A DNA stretch of 64,000 nt. Origin: Mayamaea pseudoterrestris (lineage: Eukaryota). Location: contig BROI01000012.1 of the NCBI GenBank assembly GCA_027923505.1, positions 558,001-622,000 on the forward strand. The letters are read 5' to 3'. The notes beneath the pieces are model-generated. The model saw nothing but the letters and a program-made list of their open reading frames with translations. It was not told the DNA's origin and did no database searches. Below are positions 35,260 to 47,733 of this stretch, piece after piece (the first letter of the stretch is position 1; every line of letters begins with the position of its first letter). The position numbers and the translations under genes were made by a program.

Positions 35260-36477
35260 CTATATGTCCAATTCTTCGTCATCCTCGCTGCCTTCGTCGT
35301 CGTCGACATCATCATCATCGTCACTGTCAAAGTCAAGATCATCCAAATCTTCATCGTCGTCAAAAAGCTCCTCGTCAATGATTGGTGTTTCATCGCGTTC
35401 CGCTTCATCTGCTGCCGCTTCCAACGCTTGTAAATTGGATGCTGCTCCGGAAAACTGCAAGAATCCAGTAACTCGACCTGTCTTGTCCTCAATCTTCTTG
35501 TCCTTGACCCGACGAGTTTGTCCGTCAGCTTCCGTCGCATCCTTGAGGGCTACCGTTTCGGCCATTTCAGCTTCAAATCGTCTCTTCCAAACCTCAAAGT
35601 TTTCCTTGTTACAGGGTGTGCCCTCGGCTCGTCGCTTTTGTACCTCATAGTCTTCAACCTCGGTTTCCGTCATTTTGTCAACGTGCACTTGTGCCTCAAA
35701 CTCCGTGGATACCTGTAAGCAAAGCAAACGCAAACATGAAAGTGAGAGAAGGAAAAGTCCAAGCACATGCAATGAATTACAGCAAACCTTCATCGTGTAT
35801 CATCGTTATTATTCGATCGAGCCAGTTCCTCGCGCCCGACAATGGAAATGTAACACCTTGTCGGCGCACACTCCATACCGGCACGAGGGCAGCGTCCATC
35901 GAATCTTGACGCTGACAAGCTTCAATCTAGCATTTGACACGTTCAGTCGTATACCACAGTTATGGTACTCGCTTCTTGTACATTTGGTCATATGCGCCAT
36001 CCAATGGCTTGCCCATCTCTACCAAACTACACATACCTTGGCAACCGGCTGCGTCGCCTTGCGCATGCTCTGAGCATACATGCTAGTGTCATCGAGTCCC
36101 TTGACATTATTCTCCACGAGCCATTCCTTGATGCGCTCCGCAACTGCGAAAATGGACGGGGCTCCTTCGTTTGCTTTGGCTTCCTCCTGCGCCAACGTTT
36201 CCAATATACTGGCATGCTCCGGAGCGAGTCCTCGTGTCACTTGTACTGACAGCTGAGGAAGATTTGCATGCGGATAGTCGAGAGGAAGATTTACAATGAG
36301 CTTGCATCCTACATGATTGCTTTCGTCGTCGTTGCTCGTGTCGGGTAGGAGTTCAATCTGCCATTGCGGTCGACCCTCGTCGTCGGATGACGTTTTTGTA
36401 AATTGCGTGTCGTAGATTGCTTCTAGAGCTTCCGCTTCGTACTGCTGCTCTTCTGCGCACTCGGCATGGTCGGCCAT
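35260..36477 (-). CDS. RWD-domain protein (RWDD1/Gir2/DFRP2-like), 2 exons
   Basis: EEQQYEAEALEAIY and LPLDYP (RWD); GTPCNKENFEVWKRRF, TGRVTG and an acidic IDEELF tail (DFRP C-terminus). Intron 35713-36036. Confidence 0.9.
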
Positions 36478-36893
36478 GATGTAAAGCGAGAGATGTATAG
36501 GGGTATTGGGAGATGCTTGCTGTTGTGGTCGAAAAGAACGCCGTCGTATCATTTGCTATGGTGAAACCGATGGCTCTCTGGCGCGTCGCAGGAGTCACAA
36601 TGCGACATCAGGCTACCTTGCTTTCAACGCTTCGTTTTGCGAGACATTGCCTGGTATCAAACCAACCCCTTACCTAAACGTTGCTTAAAAAGAGTAAGCG
36701 ATTTCGTTATTCAAACGTGCTTATGGCATGCCATACCGTAGCAAACAAGTGGAGATAGTATAGCCAGATTCATCAAGACTGGGAATTGAATCGTAACATT
36801 TTAAAGCCGCAGCATGACGCACACGGAAATGAAAGCTCTCGTGGAAAACCAAATATCCATCGTTTGCTTTTAAGCGCAATGACAGCACTTACT

Positions 36894-37892
36894 TCAAGTG
36901 CAAGCAGTCCTATCTGCGTGGTTGCCACCGTGGTGTGGTTTATCCAGACGCTTTTGCATATACAACATCTTTTGAGCGTCGCCACTGTCGTCCAGCAATG
37001 CTTTAGACCCCAGTCGGGGCTCTCGATACCCCATGCGCCTGTACAAGGACATGGCTGCTTCATTGTTGGCGTGCACGTATAAGCCAAGCGAGTCGACCTG
37101 CCAGTATCTCCACACGTAGCGCTCAGCGCGGGCAATTATGCGTTTAGCCATGCCTTGTCTACGAAACAGTGGATCGACGCAAAGATTCAAAATGGCTGGA
37201 GAAAAGTTGTTCCTGGCAATCTGCGAGTTGTCATGAGCGTCGTGCGATTGTGTCGGATTGGAAAGCATGGCAATTTCGCAAAAGGCAATCACTCTATCAT
37301 TGTCGTCACAAGCAGTCATCTGAATATGCTGCAGCCAATCTATGCTTGCAGGAGGTAGATAGTAGTCATGATGCTTCCATAGATTTGGCTCTCCCGTTTC
37401 TGTTGCGGCCCTGTGAACAAGCGTCCGAAAAGAGTCCGATTTCCAAAGAACCGACAAGCGACTCTTAGAGGTGATTACTGTTGTAGCTTCGCGTCGCGGC
37501 ATTCGCTTCTTTGCTTCTTGAATGGCTTTATGACGGACTAGTAGAAGTTGGTGTATATCTTTTTGAGCCCAAAGTCGGTCGAGCTGGGCCATGAAACCGA
37601 TCCTTGGCCGACGACTTGGTGCGGCAGTCAATTGAATGGATGCAGTCGCCAGCATTTCGGCCACCGCCGGCAAATCAGTAGCAACGGATGACCGAATTCG
37701 AACTTTGGTCTTTGTCGTGCAATCGTTCGTTCTAAAGGAAATAGTCTCAGGTGATGACCTTGCGGTCGCTCGTGCACCTGCAGTGGTGCTCCAGGCCAGC
37801 GACGACGACGTCGTCGGCAATTGCGTGATTGTCAAGAGGGCAAGGATGCATTGTAATTGCACAAAGGTTTGACAAGCTTTGACTCGAATCAT
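36894..37892 (-). CDS. GNAT-family acetyltransferase, probably plastid-targeted
   Basis: ILNLCVDPLFRRQGMAK (acetyl-CoA motif), LYVHANNEAAMSLYRRMGY and a signal peptide ending SLA-W. Confidence 0.88.
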   Translation of the reverse strand: MIRVKACQTFVQLQCILALLTITQLPTTSSSLAWSTTAGARATARSSPETISFRTNDCTTKTKVRIRSSVATDLPAVAEMLATASIQLTAAPSRRPRIGFMAQLDRLWAQKDIHQLLLVRHKAIQEAKKRMPRREATTVITSKSRLSVLWKSDSFRTLVHRAATETGEPNLWKHHDYYLPPASIDWLQHIQMTACDDNDRVIAFCEIAMLSNPTQSHDAHDNSQIARNNFSPAILNLCVDPLFRRQGMAKRIIARAERYVWRYWQVDSLGLYVHANNEAAMSLYRRMGYREPRLGSKALLDDSGDAQKMLYMQKRLDKPHHGGNHADRTACT

Positions 37893-38325
37893 ATGTACTT
37901 TCCCTCCACTGATACTGAAATAGTTTTAGCAAAAGATGTTTGTGTAGCCATGTTGTTGGGCTGTTTGACGCTTCAGAGATGGTCTCTTCATCATCGTCAT
38001 GGTCGAAAGAACAAATGCGCGGCCAACGTCATCCGATGAGTCACGCGCGAGCAGTTTGGCGATCGGAAGAGCCACCTTCTCGTAGTTCATGTAACCTACG
38101 GTAGTATTACCGAACGAAACTACTAATTGTGCATGCAGATTACCAAGCACAACTCGTACTGTACCAATGGATATTCACTATTTTGTCTATAGTTTGCTTT
38201 TGATAGGACGGATGTATGGCTTTCTTCATGTCGAATCGATAAAACACATATAATTCCTTTCCCCTCCAAGCTACTCGTGTGCAAAAATACCACGAGTATG
38301 GAGCAGACCTGCTTCCTAAAGAGCA

Positions 38326-38946
38326 TTACATATCAAAGATATGCTGCAACTCGTAGCCCAATCGTGGCATCAACACATCCATGCCACAAATGTAATCATC
38401 GACATCATCGCCAAGGGCCGCCAAATTGCACTCGACGCGGTCCAATTCCAAGATGGAAATCTGACTAGGGACAGCCAAAGGGCGCGGTCCACTTGGCGAA
38501 GTGGCCGGTGTGGGGTCCGGCGTTACATCGCGTGCAGTGACAGCCTGTTTCGTCGTAACGACCTTGCCTAAAATGGACGACGAACGCTTGACAGAGTCGG
38601 TATCGTCGTCAATGTGCTTGTAAATCTTGGTCGGACGAAACTTGTTGCGCCTAACGTCAAGGCCTTCGCGGAGTCCTTGACTAGTCTTGGCAATGGCACG
38701 AGCGTCGCTGACTTCGATCCACTGATCCTTGCCGCTCGCACTATCACGCATCAAGAAGCGACCACCGTTGGCTTGCGTCGCCGCGACGATCCGCTGAGCG
38801 ATACTGATCTTGTCCTTCTTGCGAGCAGCCAAGTACTCGGCTTGAGCTTTCACGATCAATGCTCGATGGCGACGATTTCCCGAGAATGTGTTGGACTTGC
38901 CGCCACGTCCAAAAAGGACATCCCATTCGTTGATAGTGTCGGTCAT
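38326..38946 (-). CDS. DUF6824-type (diatom-expanded) domain protein
   Basis: DVLFGRGG...GNRRHR...Y....K.DK..IA..IV...GGRFL...W.EV...AIAKTSQGLRE. Confidence 0.85.
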   Translation of the reverse strand: MTDTINEWDVLFGRGGKSNTFSGNRRHRALIVKAQAEYLAARKKDKISIAQRIVAATQANGGRFLMRDSASGKDQWIEVSDARAIAKTSQGLREGLDVRRNKFRPTKIYKHIDDDTDSVKRSSSILGKVVTTKQAVTARDVTPDPTPATSPSGPRPLAVPSQISILELDRVECNLAALGDDVDDYICGMDVLMPRLGYELQHIFDM

Positions 38947-39423
38947 GCTGTCTTGTTTCTCGAGCGAAGACCGCTAGTAAAGCAACGTTGCTAATCGACT
39001 GTGGCAGTCGTAATTGTGAGCCTTTGCGCACAAGGCGACCGGTGCATGTATGGTGAGAGAAACACGACAGCAGGTGTAACGTTTAAAATCGATTGTCCGT
39101 TTCTTTCGCTCATGGTGAGACTCGAAAAGTGCTGCGATTTTTTGAATCACAGACTATTGCCCCTCGTCTTCGGGCGCATGTCAATGGCTAATTACCGTCT
39201 GTGATTGGTCGTACAAACTATCATCATGACTTTCCGGTCGTGTCAAAACTGGGCCCCAGCTAACCATCTCGTATTAGACATACAGTACCTATCGTAATAC
39301 GTATGAATGCTCGTATCGTCAAGCTGTCAACCTACTGCTGGCAGTCAAAGTAATAAAATCTTGCAACTAGATACTAATTAACTGTCGCAATGAACTCTCT
39401 AAACAATTTGCCTGGTCTCGACA

Positions 39424-40665
39424 TTACATTTCGACCTTCATCTCAACCATGGATGGCGAGCGACCCATTCCGTTTGCCTGCAACTCGGGACACACTTCAA
39501 TCTCATGCTTCTCGTATGCACCCTTGTACCACTCGGCAGTCATGCGAATGCCCTCACTAAACGGAACCTTCGACGAGTAACCCAAGAGGCGTTTCGCCTT
39601 TGAAACATCCGCACAAGTGTACGGAACATCGCCTGGTTGATCCGGCATGACCTTGACCTTGGCAGCCTTACCCGTGTGTTCCTCGACGAGCTCAATAAAC
39701 TCTTTGAGCGATGTGCCACTGCCCTTGCCCAAATTGAAGACTTCGTACGGATGCGGGCGATCGAGTGAACGGACGATGCCATCAACAATGTCAGAAATGT
39801 ATGTGTAGTCGCGGCTGGATGAACCATCACCAAACTGTTGAATTTCAACGCCACGGCTAATGCGATCAATGAACTTGAAAGGTGCCATGTCAGGACGTCC
39901 GCGTGGACCGTAGACGGTAAAGAATCGAAGAGCTGAAACGTTCAAGTTGTACAAATGATGGTACGTGTACGCCAACAGCTCGCAAGCCTTTTTGGTCGCC
40001 GCATAAGGAGAGACTGGATTATCAACCACTTCATCCTCGGAGAAGTAGGTGGACTTGGATCCGCCATAGACGGAACTGCTTGAAGCAAAGACAAAGTTTT
40101 CAACGCCATGCTTGACTGACTGCTCCATCAAAAGCGTGGTTCCCTTGATGTTCGAGTGAATGTAAACAAAGGGATCCTGAATGGATGGGCGAACACCTGC
40201 CCGTGCCGCCATGTGGCACACCCACTTCGGTTGCTCCGTCTCAAAGATGCGAGAAACCAGGTCCTCGTCGCAAATGTCACCCTTGTAAATCTTAAGACGC
40301 TCGCTACCGTACTTGCTTTTTAACAAGCGAAGATTGCCTTCCTTGATGCGAACGTCGTAATAATCATTCATTTCATCAAGAATGATAACGTCATCTCCGC
40401 GAGCCAGCAAGTAATCGGCGACATGGCTTCCAATGAAGCCGGCACCGCCCGTGACCAAAACCTTTTTATGATCAACATGAGGACCGACTCGAGTTCCAGT
40501 TTCTGTCGCTTCATCGTCCTCCAAGTCTTGAAGGCAAATGCTAGTGTTGGAATGACGCATCGAAGGCGACTCTGCCTCTGAAGGTGCAGTACTTGAGGTG
40601 GTGCTGCTGCAATCGTCGGAATCGGATGGCACCAAAACTGGCATGGAGCAATAAGAGTGTTTCAT
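39424..40665 (-). CDS. UDP-glucuronate 4-epimerase (GAE/CapI-like SDR)
   Basis: Motifs VLVTGGAGFIGSH, HMAARAGVRPS, ASSSSVYG, YAATKK, LRFFTVYGPRGRPDMA and QPGDVPYTCAD. Confidence 0.93.
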   Translation of the reverse strand: MKHSYCSMPVLVPSDSDDCSSTTSSTAPSEAESPSMRHSNTSICLQDLEDDEATETGTRVGPHVDHKKVLVTGGAGFIGSHVADYLLARGDDVIILDEMNDYYDVRIKEGNLRLLKSKYGSERLKIYKGDICDEDLVSRIFETEQPKWVCHMAARAGVRPSIQDPFVYIHSNIKGTTLLMEQSVKHGVENFVFASSSSVYGGSKSTYFSEDEVVDNPVSPYAATKKACELLAYTYHHLYNLNVSALRFFTVYGPRGRPDMAPFKFIDRISRGVEIQQFGDGSSSRDYTYISDIVDGIVRSLDRPHPYEVFNLGKGSGTSLKEFIELVEEHTGKAAKVKVMPDQPGDVPYTCADVSKAKRLLGYSSKVPFSEGIRMTAEWYKGAYEKHEIEVCPELQANGMGRSPSMVEMKVEM

Positions 40666-41857
40666 AATAATATTTGGCTTTTAGAAAGTGTATTCTTTTA
40701 TCCGTGTGCGTCGAGGCAAAGATTGTGACCTGCGCGGGTGCCTCCTGCGTAGTGATAAAGAGCAGACACGATTGTAAGAAGAACAGTAAAGACAAATTGG
40801 CGTCCACGATGTCATTTGCCGCCGGCTAATCAGTCCGCCATGCTTCGCAACAAGAAACCACGGGTACTCGCACACACATAATCGTACAACGCCTGGGTCT
40901 GCCCAGTCGCTTGATAATGGATGGACCAAGCTGCCGGAGATTCGACCCTCATCCAAGCGCCAGGTTCGTGAGCCCGAAGGAAGAGCCTCATCGCTTGCCT
41001 TGCTTACCTTTGACGCTCGAGATGCGGAAACCAGAATAAGGAAACGTTGTAGGATTCAAGCAAGTTCCTGATGGACAGGAACGATTAGATGCAGGAAAAG
41101 AGAGTAATTCAATCGCGAGAAGGACGAGTGATCAAGCCGGAAGCAAGGTTGTGTGTGATGTTGGAGTGAAATTCTTGGTGCGAAACGTTTTGGAATCGCG
41201 CGAGCGCCGAGGAGTTCGACCACAGCGAATGACTCATTCGTTTGCTGATGACGTTGCTTGAAGGAAGCCATTCGAAGCGGGACTCGCGATGTCACATGCG
41301 TCATTTTCCGTACGGCAGCTGTTACTATGAGTCAGTCAGAGAATAGTAATGAAGAGTAACGGTATCTATTCACGTGCCACTTAAGAAGGCTTAAGTAGAG
41401 GCCACGTGAGGGTCTGAGGGTCTGCACCGCGATGTATCGCGGTGAATTTCACCCCTGGACCCTCGAAATGCTCGGCTGGCTCAAATTGCAGTGGCCCGCT
41501 CATCGACTGCTCTTCGACTGGCTCACAATCTGCCATGAAAATGCCTTTACGCCTCATATTTCACCAATAAAAGAATGTTTTGATGATGGCTATTAGTTTA
41601 TCATATACAGTAGTACATAAAACAATGGTTGCAACAACTAGATGGTTCATTTTGCACCCCATCCTACGGCGTAAGTTTGTGTCGGTCATGGCGTTAAGTC
41701 CAAAACGTGTTCAGTACCGGGTCGAGGGTCTGCACTAGAGTAATGCAGTCACCATTATTCAATACCGGTATGAGTCGTTCGCGGAGCCACCCGTTCGCTT
41801 GGATCTTTCGAAAGACGACACAAAAATAAGTCGACAGCAGTTGTAGCAGCAGTAACC

Positions 41858-43627
41858 ATGGGAGACCGCGACCGTTCACGTAGCCCTGACCCGGGTAACC
41901 ATGCGCCAAGCGCCGGAGGAGGCGGAGGCGGTGGTGGCGACGCCGATGGCGAGGGCGTCAAGCTTTACATTGGAAATCTTGACTATGGTGAGTGTCGCCG
42001 GAATTAACAAGGATTCTTCGATCTGGCTTGCCCTCGAAAATCTGTTAAACAAGTTTCATTTACTAATTCTGATTTTTATTATGACTCCTTTTATAGCGAC
42101 GGATGAGACTCGTCTTCGCGACGAATTTAGCCAGTTTGGACCTGTCGCGGATGTCTTTCTTCCGATTGACCGCGCCACTTCGCGTCCTCGTGGGTACGAT
42201 TATTTTTTATTGCGGTTTTGCTCTACAGTACTTCTTTTATCTTGCTCAGTTAATTTAAAACAACAAATTGCAGATTCGGCTTTGTGACCATGGCGACCCG
42301 CGCGGCGGCAGACAATGCCATTTCCAAGATGGACCAGGCGCAGCTCGACGGTCGCACGATTCGCGTCAACGAGTCTCGTCCCCGCGGCGAAGGCCCTTCT
42401 GGCGGAGGAGCCGGAGGCGGCAGTGGATTTAACGCGGCTGGAAAGGAAGAAGTCAAACTTTACGTTGGAAACCTGAGCTTCGATACGCAACAGGAGCAAA
42501 TCCAAAAGTTGTTTGAGGAGTATGGAACCGTTTCGGATTGCTTCATGCCAACGGATCGCGATACGGGCAAGACACGCGGCTTTTGCTTTGTTACCATGCC
42601 ATCGGCTGCGGCCGAGACGGCTTGCACCAAGCTTAGTGGATATGAACTTGACGGCCGCCCGCTTCGCGTCAATGAGGCGCAGCCCAAGGGTGGTGAGTGA
42701 GGATACAGTTTGATACGAGACAGTTTGCGGTCAAGCTTTTTACATTGTCTTACACGCGATTTTTTAATTGGAATATAGGCGGTGGTGGCGGCGGCGGTGG
42801 CCGTGGCGGATATGGTGATGGAGGCGGTGGTGGCTACGGAGGCGGCGGCTATGGCGGTGGAGGTAAGTTGCAGCCGATGGATCTGAGCTGGTAAAAATTT
42901 GACGAATAGTTCGCTCAATGTTGTTTATCTGCTTGTTTTGTTATGTTAGGCTACGATGCAGGCTATGGAGGTGGCGGCGGTGGTAAGTAGAATCACTCGG
43001 GTTCATCTCATTTAATGCTCGAGTTCCATTAATGTAAACTTATATTGTTGATCCTTTTTTTAAACAGGCTACGGGGGTGGCGGCGGCCGAGACTATGGAG
43101 GCGGCGGTGGTGGATACGGAGGCGGCGGCGGGTATGACGATCGTCGTGGCGGCGGTGGTGGAGGATACTCTGGCGGCCGAGGTGGAGGAGGAGGCGGTTA
43201 TGATGACCGCGGATACGGAGACAGCCGCGGCGGAGGCGGTGGTGGATATTCTGGTGGCGGCGGCGGCGGTATGTATGAAATATGGTTATTAAAATTGTGA
43301 TGCTTGCTTTATCTTATCTCTCGATTGATCGTATGTTTGCATCTCATCGCAGGATATTCTGGAGGTGCGGGCAGGCGCTAGATGTGATGGATACGTATTG
43401 GACTTCGGTGGACTCAGGAGTTTACTCTTTAAATCCCCAGGTTATGATGATCGCGGAGGGTATGGCGGCGGACGCGGAGGTGAGTTAATGGCCGCATTGA
43501 ATGACGATGTTGGTGAATAGTATGTGAACGCGGCTTGTTTTGGGTTTTTTCGTCACCGGCACTAACATATCATTGGCTGTTTACTGGATTTTGGCGCGGA
43601 GGCGGTGGATATGGTGGTAGATACTAG
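41858..43627 (+). CDS. Glycine-rich RNA-binding protein with two RRMs and an RGG/YGG tail, 9 exons
   Basis: KLYIGNL/RGFGFV and KLYVGNL/RGFCFV. Predicted introns 41988-42096, 42194-42273, 42693-42778, 42863-42949, 42983-43067, 43269-43352, 43365-43440 and 43480-43601. The protein ends GGYGGRY*. Confidence 0.88.
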
Positions 43628-44459
43628 GACGCTTAGATACATGCAGAATGATTGCGTCGAATTACTATTGGCGGCGACCTGAATGGCGCGGAAGTTCTGC
43701 ATCTAAATGTTTCTTGATATGTCTTTATGGTTTCCCACTGCTAGCTTATGATTCGTTGGGCGCTTTGGTGCTGATCTCCTGCTTCGGCGTTGGATGGTTC
43801 CATTGCGTCGGATACTGTATTTGCGTCCTTTGTGGTTTGTCGCTCTTTCGATTGCCCCAATGCTTGCTGCCAAGTAGCACTTGGTCATGTGTTGTTAAGG
43901 TCATTGGGGTTCAGTTGCTGTTGTCGGCGCCTTTGGCTGCAACTTTGTAGCGTTTCGAAATCGGCTGCCATGCTTCGTTGTGTGTTACTATTCCATTCTC
44001 CAGCAATTCATTTCCTTTTGTTGCTGCGTCGGAGCAACTTTCTATAGTTTCTGCATACACGACGCCAGAGTGGCCGCTGTCTTGAACGACCATGATCTTG
44101 CCTGATTTTGTCGTTGCTGAATGTTCACGGCTCCGTTTTGATTCAAAATGACTATTGAACTGACGCCACGATCATTTGTTTTATTCGGCGCAATTGCCAT
44201 GGTTTGGCTTCGCCATTTGTTAATTCCTTTGGCATGCCTCTAGGATCCTTTGGTGATATGTGGTAAGCAATCGATAGATGGCTTATGGCGAATCAACCAA
44301 TTGAAGTGCTGTGTAAGGCTCGCTTGCCGCGGAGAATCGTGACACCACAGTTGATAGAGATCAGGCACTAATCACACAAGTAACTACATCGTTAGCATAA
44401 TTTTGGTCATCTCCCTGACACATAATGAGCGCAATAGAAATTTTATCAATAACACGGTT

Positions 44460-46427
44460 TTAAATTACCTGAGCAACTGGCATGCTCAGTGCCTCGGCAT
44501 CACCAATGGGTGAAGCATCAGCATCGTTCACGGGCTCTACTCGTCGCATATTCCACTTCAAGAGCTTGTTCAAGGCCGAAGTGTAAGCGCGCGCCGACGA
44601 TGTAATGATGTCGGTATCAGAACCAGTTCCCGAGAATTTGCGATTCTTGGGACCAAGCTGTGAGTGCAGCGCAGCAGAGTCATTCGGACCGCCTTGTCGA
44701 GGCATAATCGATACCCTTGTCGTTGCCAAAGCTTCAATGCCTTCATTCACAGAGTTTAAAGAGTAAGTTTCAAGGGTAACTGATACACCTGTGATCATGT
44801 CAATTGCCTTGTAAACTGCATCAACAGGACCGGTTCCTGTGGTAGCAACGAATCGCTCAACATTATCGGGTCCGCGCATCTTGACTGTCGCCGTCGGAAT
44901 GCCGGACAGACCTGTCGCCACTTGAAGGCCCGTCACTTCCCATAGCATGTTGGATAAGCCAGCTTGGTCAGAAACTAGTGCCTCCAAGTCTTCATCTTCC
45001 AAGCCTCCCTTTTTCTTTTCGGCAACTTGCTTGAACCGAACAAAGACAGCATTCAGCTTCTCCTCGTCCAAATCGTAACCCAATTCTCTCAAGCGCGTAC
45101 CGACGGCGTTGCGCCCCGAGTGCTTGCCCAGCACAATGCCTGCTCCGCTTTGTTGATCACCTCGCATTAAACCAATACTTTCGGGCGTCATGATTTCGTA
45201 TGTACTCTTGTTCTTGATCATGCCGTCTTGATGAATACCCGACTCATGCTGAAACGCATTCGCTCCAACGATAGCCTTGTGTGGCTGACACGCCATGCCA
45301 GTATATTCCGAAACCATTTTCGACGTTGGCGTAATGTGCACTGGGTTTATCGCAGTGTGAAGCTTGCCCGACCCCGGACCACCATCAAACTGCGAGTTTC
45401 CCTTCAACGCCAAGGCCATGACAATTTCCTCCAACGATGCATTCCCCGCGCGCTCGCCAATACCATTAATGGTACATTCAAGCTGCCTCGCTCCATTCTT
45501 GGCGCCAGCCAGCGAATTGGCCGTGGCCAAGCCCAAATCGTTTTGGCAGTGCGTGCTGAAAACGACGCGATCGGCGCCCTTTACATTGGCGAGTAGCTGC
45601 TGAATCAAATTTCCAAACTCCCATGGCATGTTCCACCCCGTCGTATCTGGAATGTTTAGAGTGGTGGCGCCGGCTTCAATGACGGCAGATAGAATGCGAT
45701 ACAAAAATTCCGGATCCGATCGTCCAGCATCTTCCGGGCTAAACTCAATGTCATCGCAGCCCAAGCTCTTTGCGTATCTAACAGCTTCGACGGCAATCTC
45801 CACAACTTGATCTGGTGTCTTGTTAAGTTTGGTCTCCATGTGGATCTTGCTCGTGGCAATAAAGGTATGCACGCGCGGTAGCTTGGCGCCCTTGACCGCG
45901 TCCCACGCGCGGGCAATGTCCTTTTGGTTGGCCCGGCTGAGTCCACAAATGACTGGAACATACCCATCCTCAAACACTTCATTTCCGACGGTATCCGCGA
46001 TCTGTTTAACTGCGTTAAAGTCGTCTGGGCTGGCGATGGGAAAGCCAGCTTCAATAATGTCGACTCCCAACTTGGCAAGCATGCGAGCAATCTCAAGCTT
46101 TTCAGATGAAGTCAGTGTAGCGCCAGGCGATTGTTCGCCATCACGGAGACTCGTATCAAAGATGCGAACATAGTCTGGGTCTTCAATGTAGCCTGGAATG
46201 TATGGCGGACGAGTCTTTCGTTGGTAGAGGGCAACAATTTCTGGACTCTCCATCATGGATGACATGGAAATCTTGGTGTTTGACAAATGCCGCTGTCTTG
46301 ATACTGCTGTTATAGGGCTGTCATGAGCTCTTCTTTGCAGCAAGGAAATGGCTGGCGTAAAGGCAGATGCATAATTCGTTGCGGACCATGATGCTGCGAG
46401 AAAGGCGACTGGCAGAATGAATCTCAT
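44460..46427 (-). CDS. leuA: 2-isopropylmalate synthase, plastid-targeted
   Basis: [41 protein letters not shown] and regulatory-domain GTGPVDA. Leader MRFIL...ASA-FTP begins at ATG 46427. Confidence 0.97.
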   Translation of the reverse strand: MRFILPVAFLAASWSATNYASAFTPAISLLQRRAHDSPITAVSRQRHLSNTKISMSSMMESPEIVALYQRKTRPPYIPGYIEDPDYVRIFDTSLRDGEQSPGATLTSSEKLEIARMLAKLGVDIIEAGFPIASPDDFNAVKQIADTVGNEVFEDGYVPVICGLSRANQKDIARAWDAVKGAKLPRVHTFIATSKIHMETKLNKTPDQVVEIAVEAVRYAKSLGCDDIEFSPEDAGRSDPEFLYRILSAVIEAGATTLNIPDTTGWNMPWEFGNLIQQLLANVKGADRVVFSTHCQNDLGLATANSLAGAKNGARQLECTINGIGERAGNASLEEIVMALALKGNSQFDGGPGSGKLHTAINPVHITPTSKMVSEYTGMACQPHKAIVGANAFQHESGIHQDGMIKNKSTYEIMTPESIGLMRGDQQSGAGIVLGKHSGRNAVGTRLRELGYDLDEEKLNAVFVRFKQVAEKKKGGLEDEDLEALVSDQAGLSNMLWEVTGLQVATGLSGIPTATVKMRGPDNVERFVATTGTGPVDAVYKAIDMITGVSVTLETYSLNSVNEGIEALATTRVSIMPRQGGPNDSAALHSQLGPKNRKFSGTGSDTDIITSSARAYTSALNKLLKWNMRRVEPVNDADASPIGDAEALSMPVAQVI

Positions 46428-46727
46428 AATGTAATTGACAAAGATCGCTTTTGTTCTTCTACGGGCGACGATGGAGCAGTTGAACGCAAGTTGTAGAGTC
46501 TCGGATGACGATGCGATGCAAGGAGACAACGAGACTACGTCGACGATTAGGATGGTTGTGTTGCTGTTGCTTCTTGTTGATCCGAGGCTCATCCTTGCGC
46601 ACGTTTCATCTCGCTCCGTCGCGGGTGAGGTTCGTGGCTCTGACATTTGTCGTATCGTTACATGATTTTCAGCCTCATATCCTGATCGATTTCGACGTCA
46701 AGGTGCGCCATTTCCTGAAGCTTGACC

Positions 46728-47522
46728 ATGAGGATTCCAGGCCGCTTCTTAGCTGCATTCATCTTGTTTCCGATTGATCATGCACATGGATTCTCAATAA
46801 CATCGACAGCGATGAGGAAATATCGACAATGTCCTCGTCAGCTATCGCCGAGGAACAAGCGCACTGCCCAGCTGTCAACGAGGTTGCAACCGACGCCATC
46901 ATGGCCATCATCAACAACTCTAAATCTTCTTCTCGACGTCCCCGATGGATTCTTTACCATTACCTTTCCAATGCTTGGAATCATATTGAGTTTCTCCAAG
47001 AGCTTTGCTCGAGTCCGAATGGAGGAGAATGCATGGGAGCAGCGCTTGGCGGAGGGTCGAAGGGAGCGACTTGAACGAGATCCAACATTGACTGAGATTG
47101 ACCTTCGACGACAAGAGGCCGACTTGGAATGGAGTGCATATGGAAAACCAAGAATGCAGGAGAAACAAGCAAACAAGGAACGACAAGAGCAGCGACAAGA
47201 TTATTACAGTACCAGGAGTAGGCGCGTCAAGGTCAAGGAGCGAAACATTGAATTGGACGACATTGATGACGACGAAAGGCGGAGGGATCATCGCATGACG
47301 GATTTAGAGATTGAAGCGTTCGAAATGGAGTATGGCGTCGAATATGATCCATACTATGATGATCCGTATAGTATGGACGAGCTGCCGGAAGGGTCCTTTA
47401 CGATCGACAAACGGTACGGTGATCGCGTTTACGACAATGGCGAAATCTTTTACCGCGACGCAAAATCTGGCTTGTACTACAGACAAGGAGCCAAGCCGCG
47501 GGGATCTGCTTTTCGACTCTAG
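46728..47522 (+). CDS. Plastid-targeted hypothetical protein with one TM segment
   Basis: Signal peptide ending AHG-F, TM segment FFTITFPMLGIILSF and a Y/D-rich C-terminus. Confidence 0.8.
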   Translation: MRIPGRFLAAFILFPIDHAHGFSITSTAMRKYRQCPRQLSPRNKRTAQLSTRLQPTPSWPSSTTLNLLLDVPDGFFTITFPMLGIILSFSKSFARVRMEENAWEQRLAEGRRERLERDPTLTEIDLRRQEADLEWSAYGKPRMQEKQANKERQEQRQDYYSTRSRRVKVKERNIELDDIDDDERRRDHRMTDLEIEAFEMEYGVEYDPYYDDPYSMDELPEGSFTIDKRYGDRVYDNGEIFYRDAKSGLYYRQGAKPRGSAFRL

Positions 47523-47733
47523 AAAGTAGTGGTGTGATGTGCGTCTCTGTAATAAAGACATATGGGGTGTCTTGGCATACCAAAGGCGGATCAGTACGAG
47601 TAAGCATGAAAAGGCGCAAGTAAAAGAACTAACCTAGATACATGGCGATACATTAATGACCAGATGTTACTATCATTTCGGTGTGTAACTGCTTGTCGGC
47701 AACTTTTTACAAAAACAGACGACATCTGGTCGT

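Noticed and set aside
43630..44450. Possible snoRNA or ORFs downstream of the RRM gene
   Set aside because: T-rich UTR-like sequence with no convincing C/D box pair with terminal stem, and the ORFs lack motifs.
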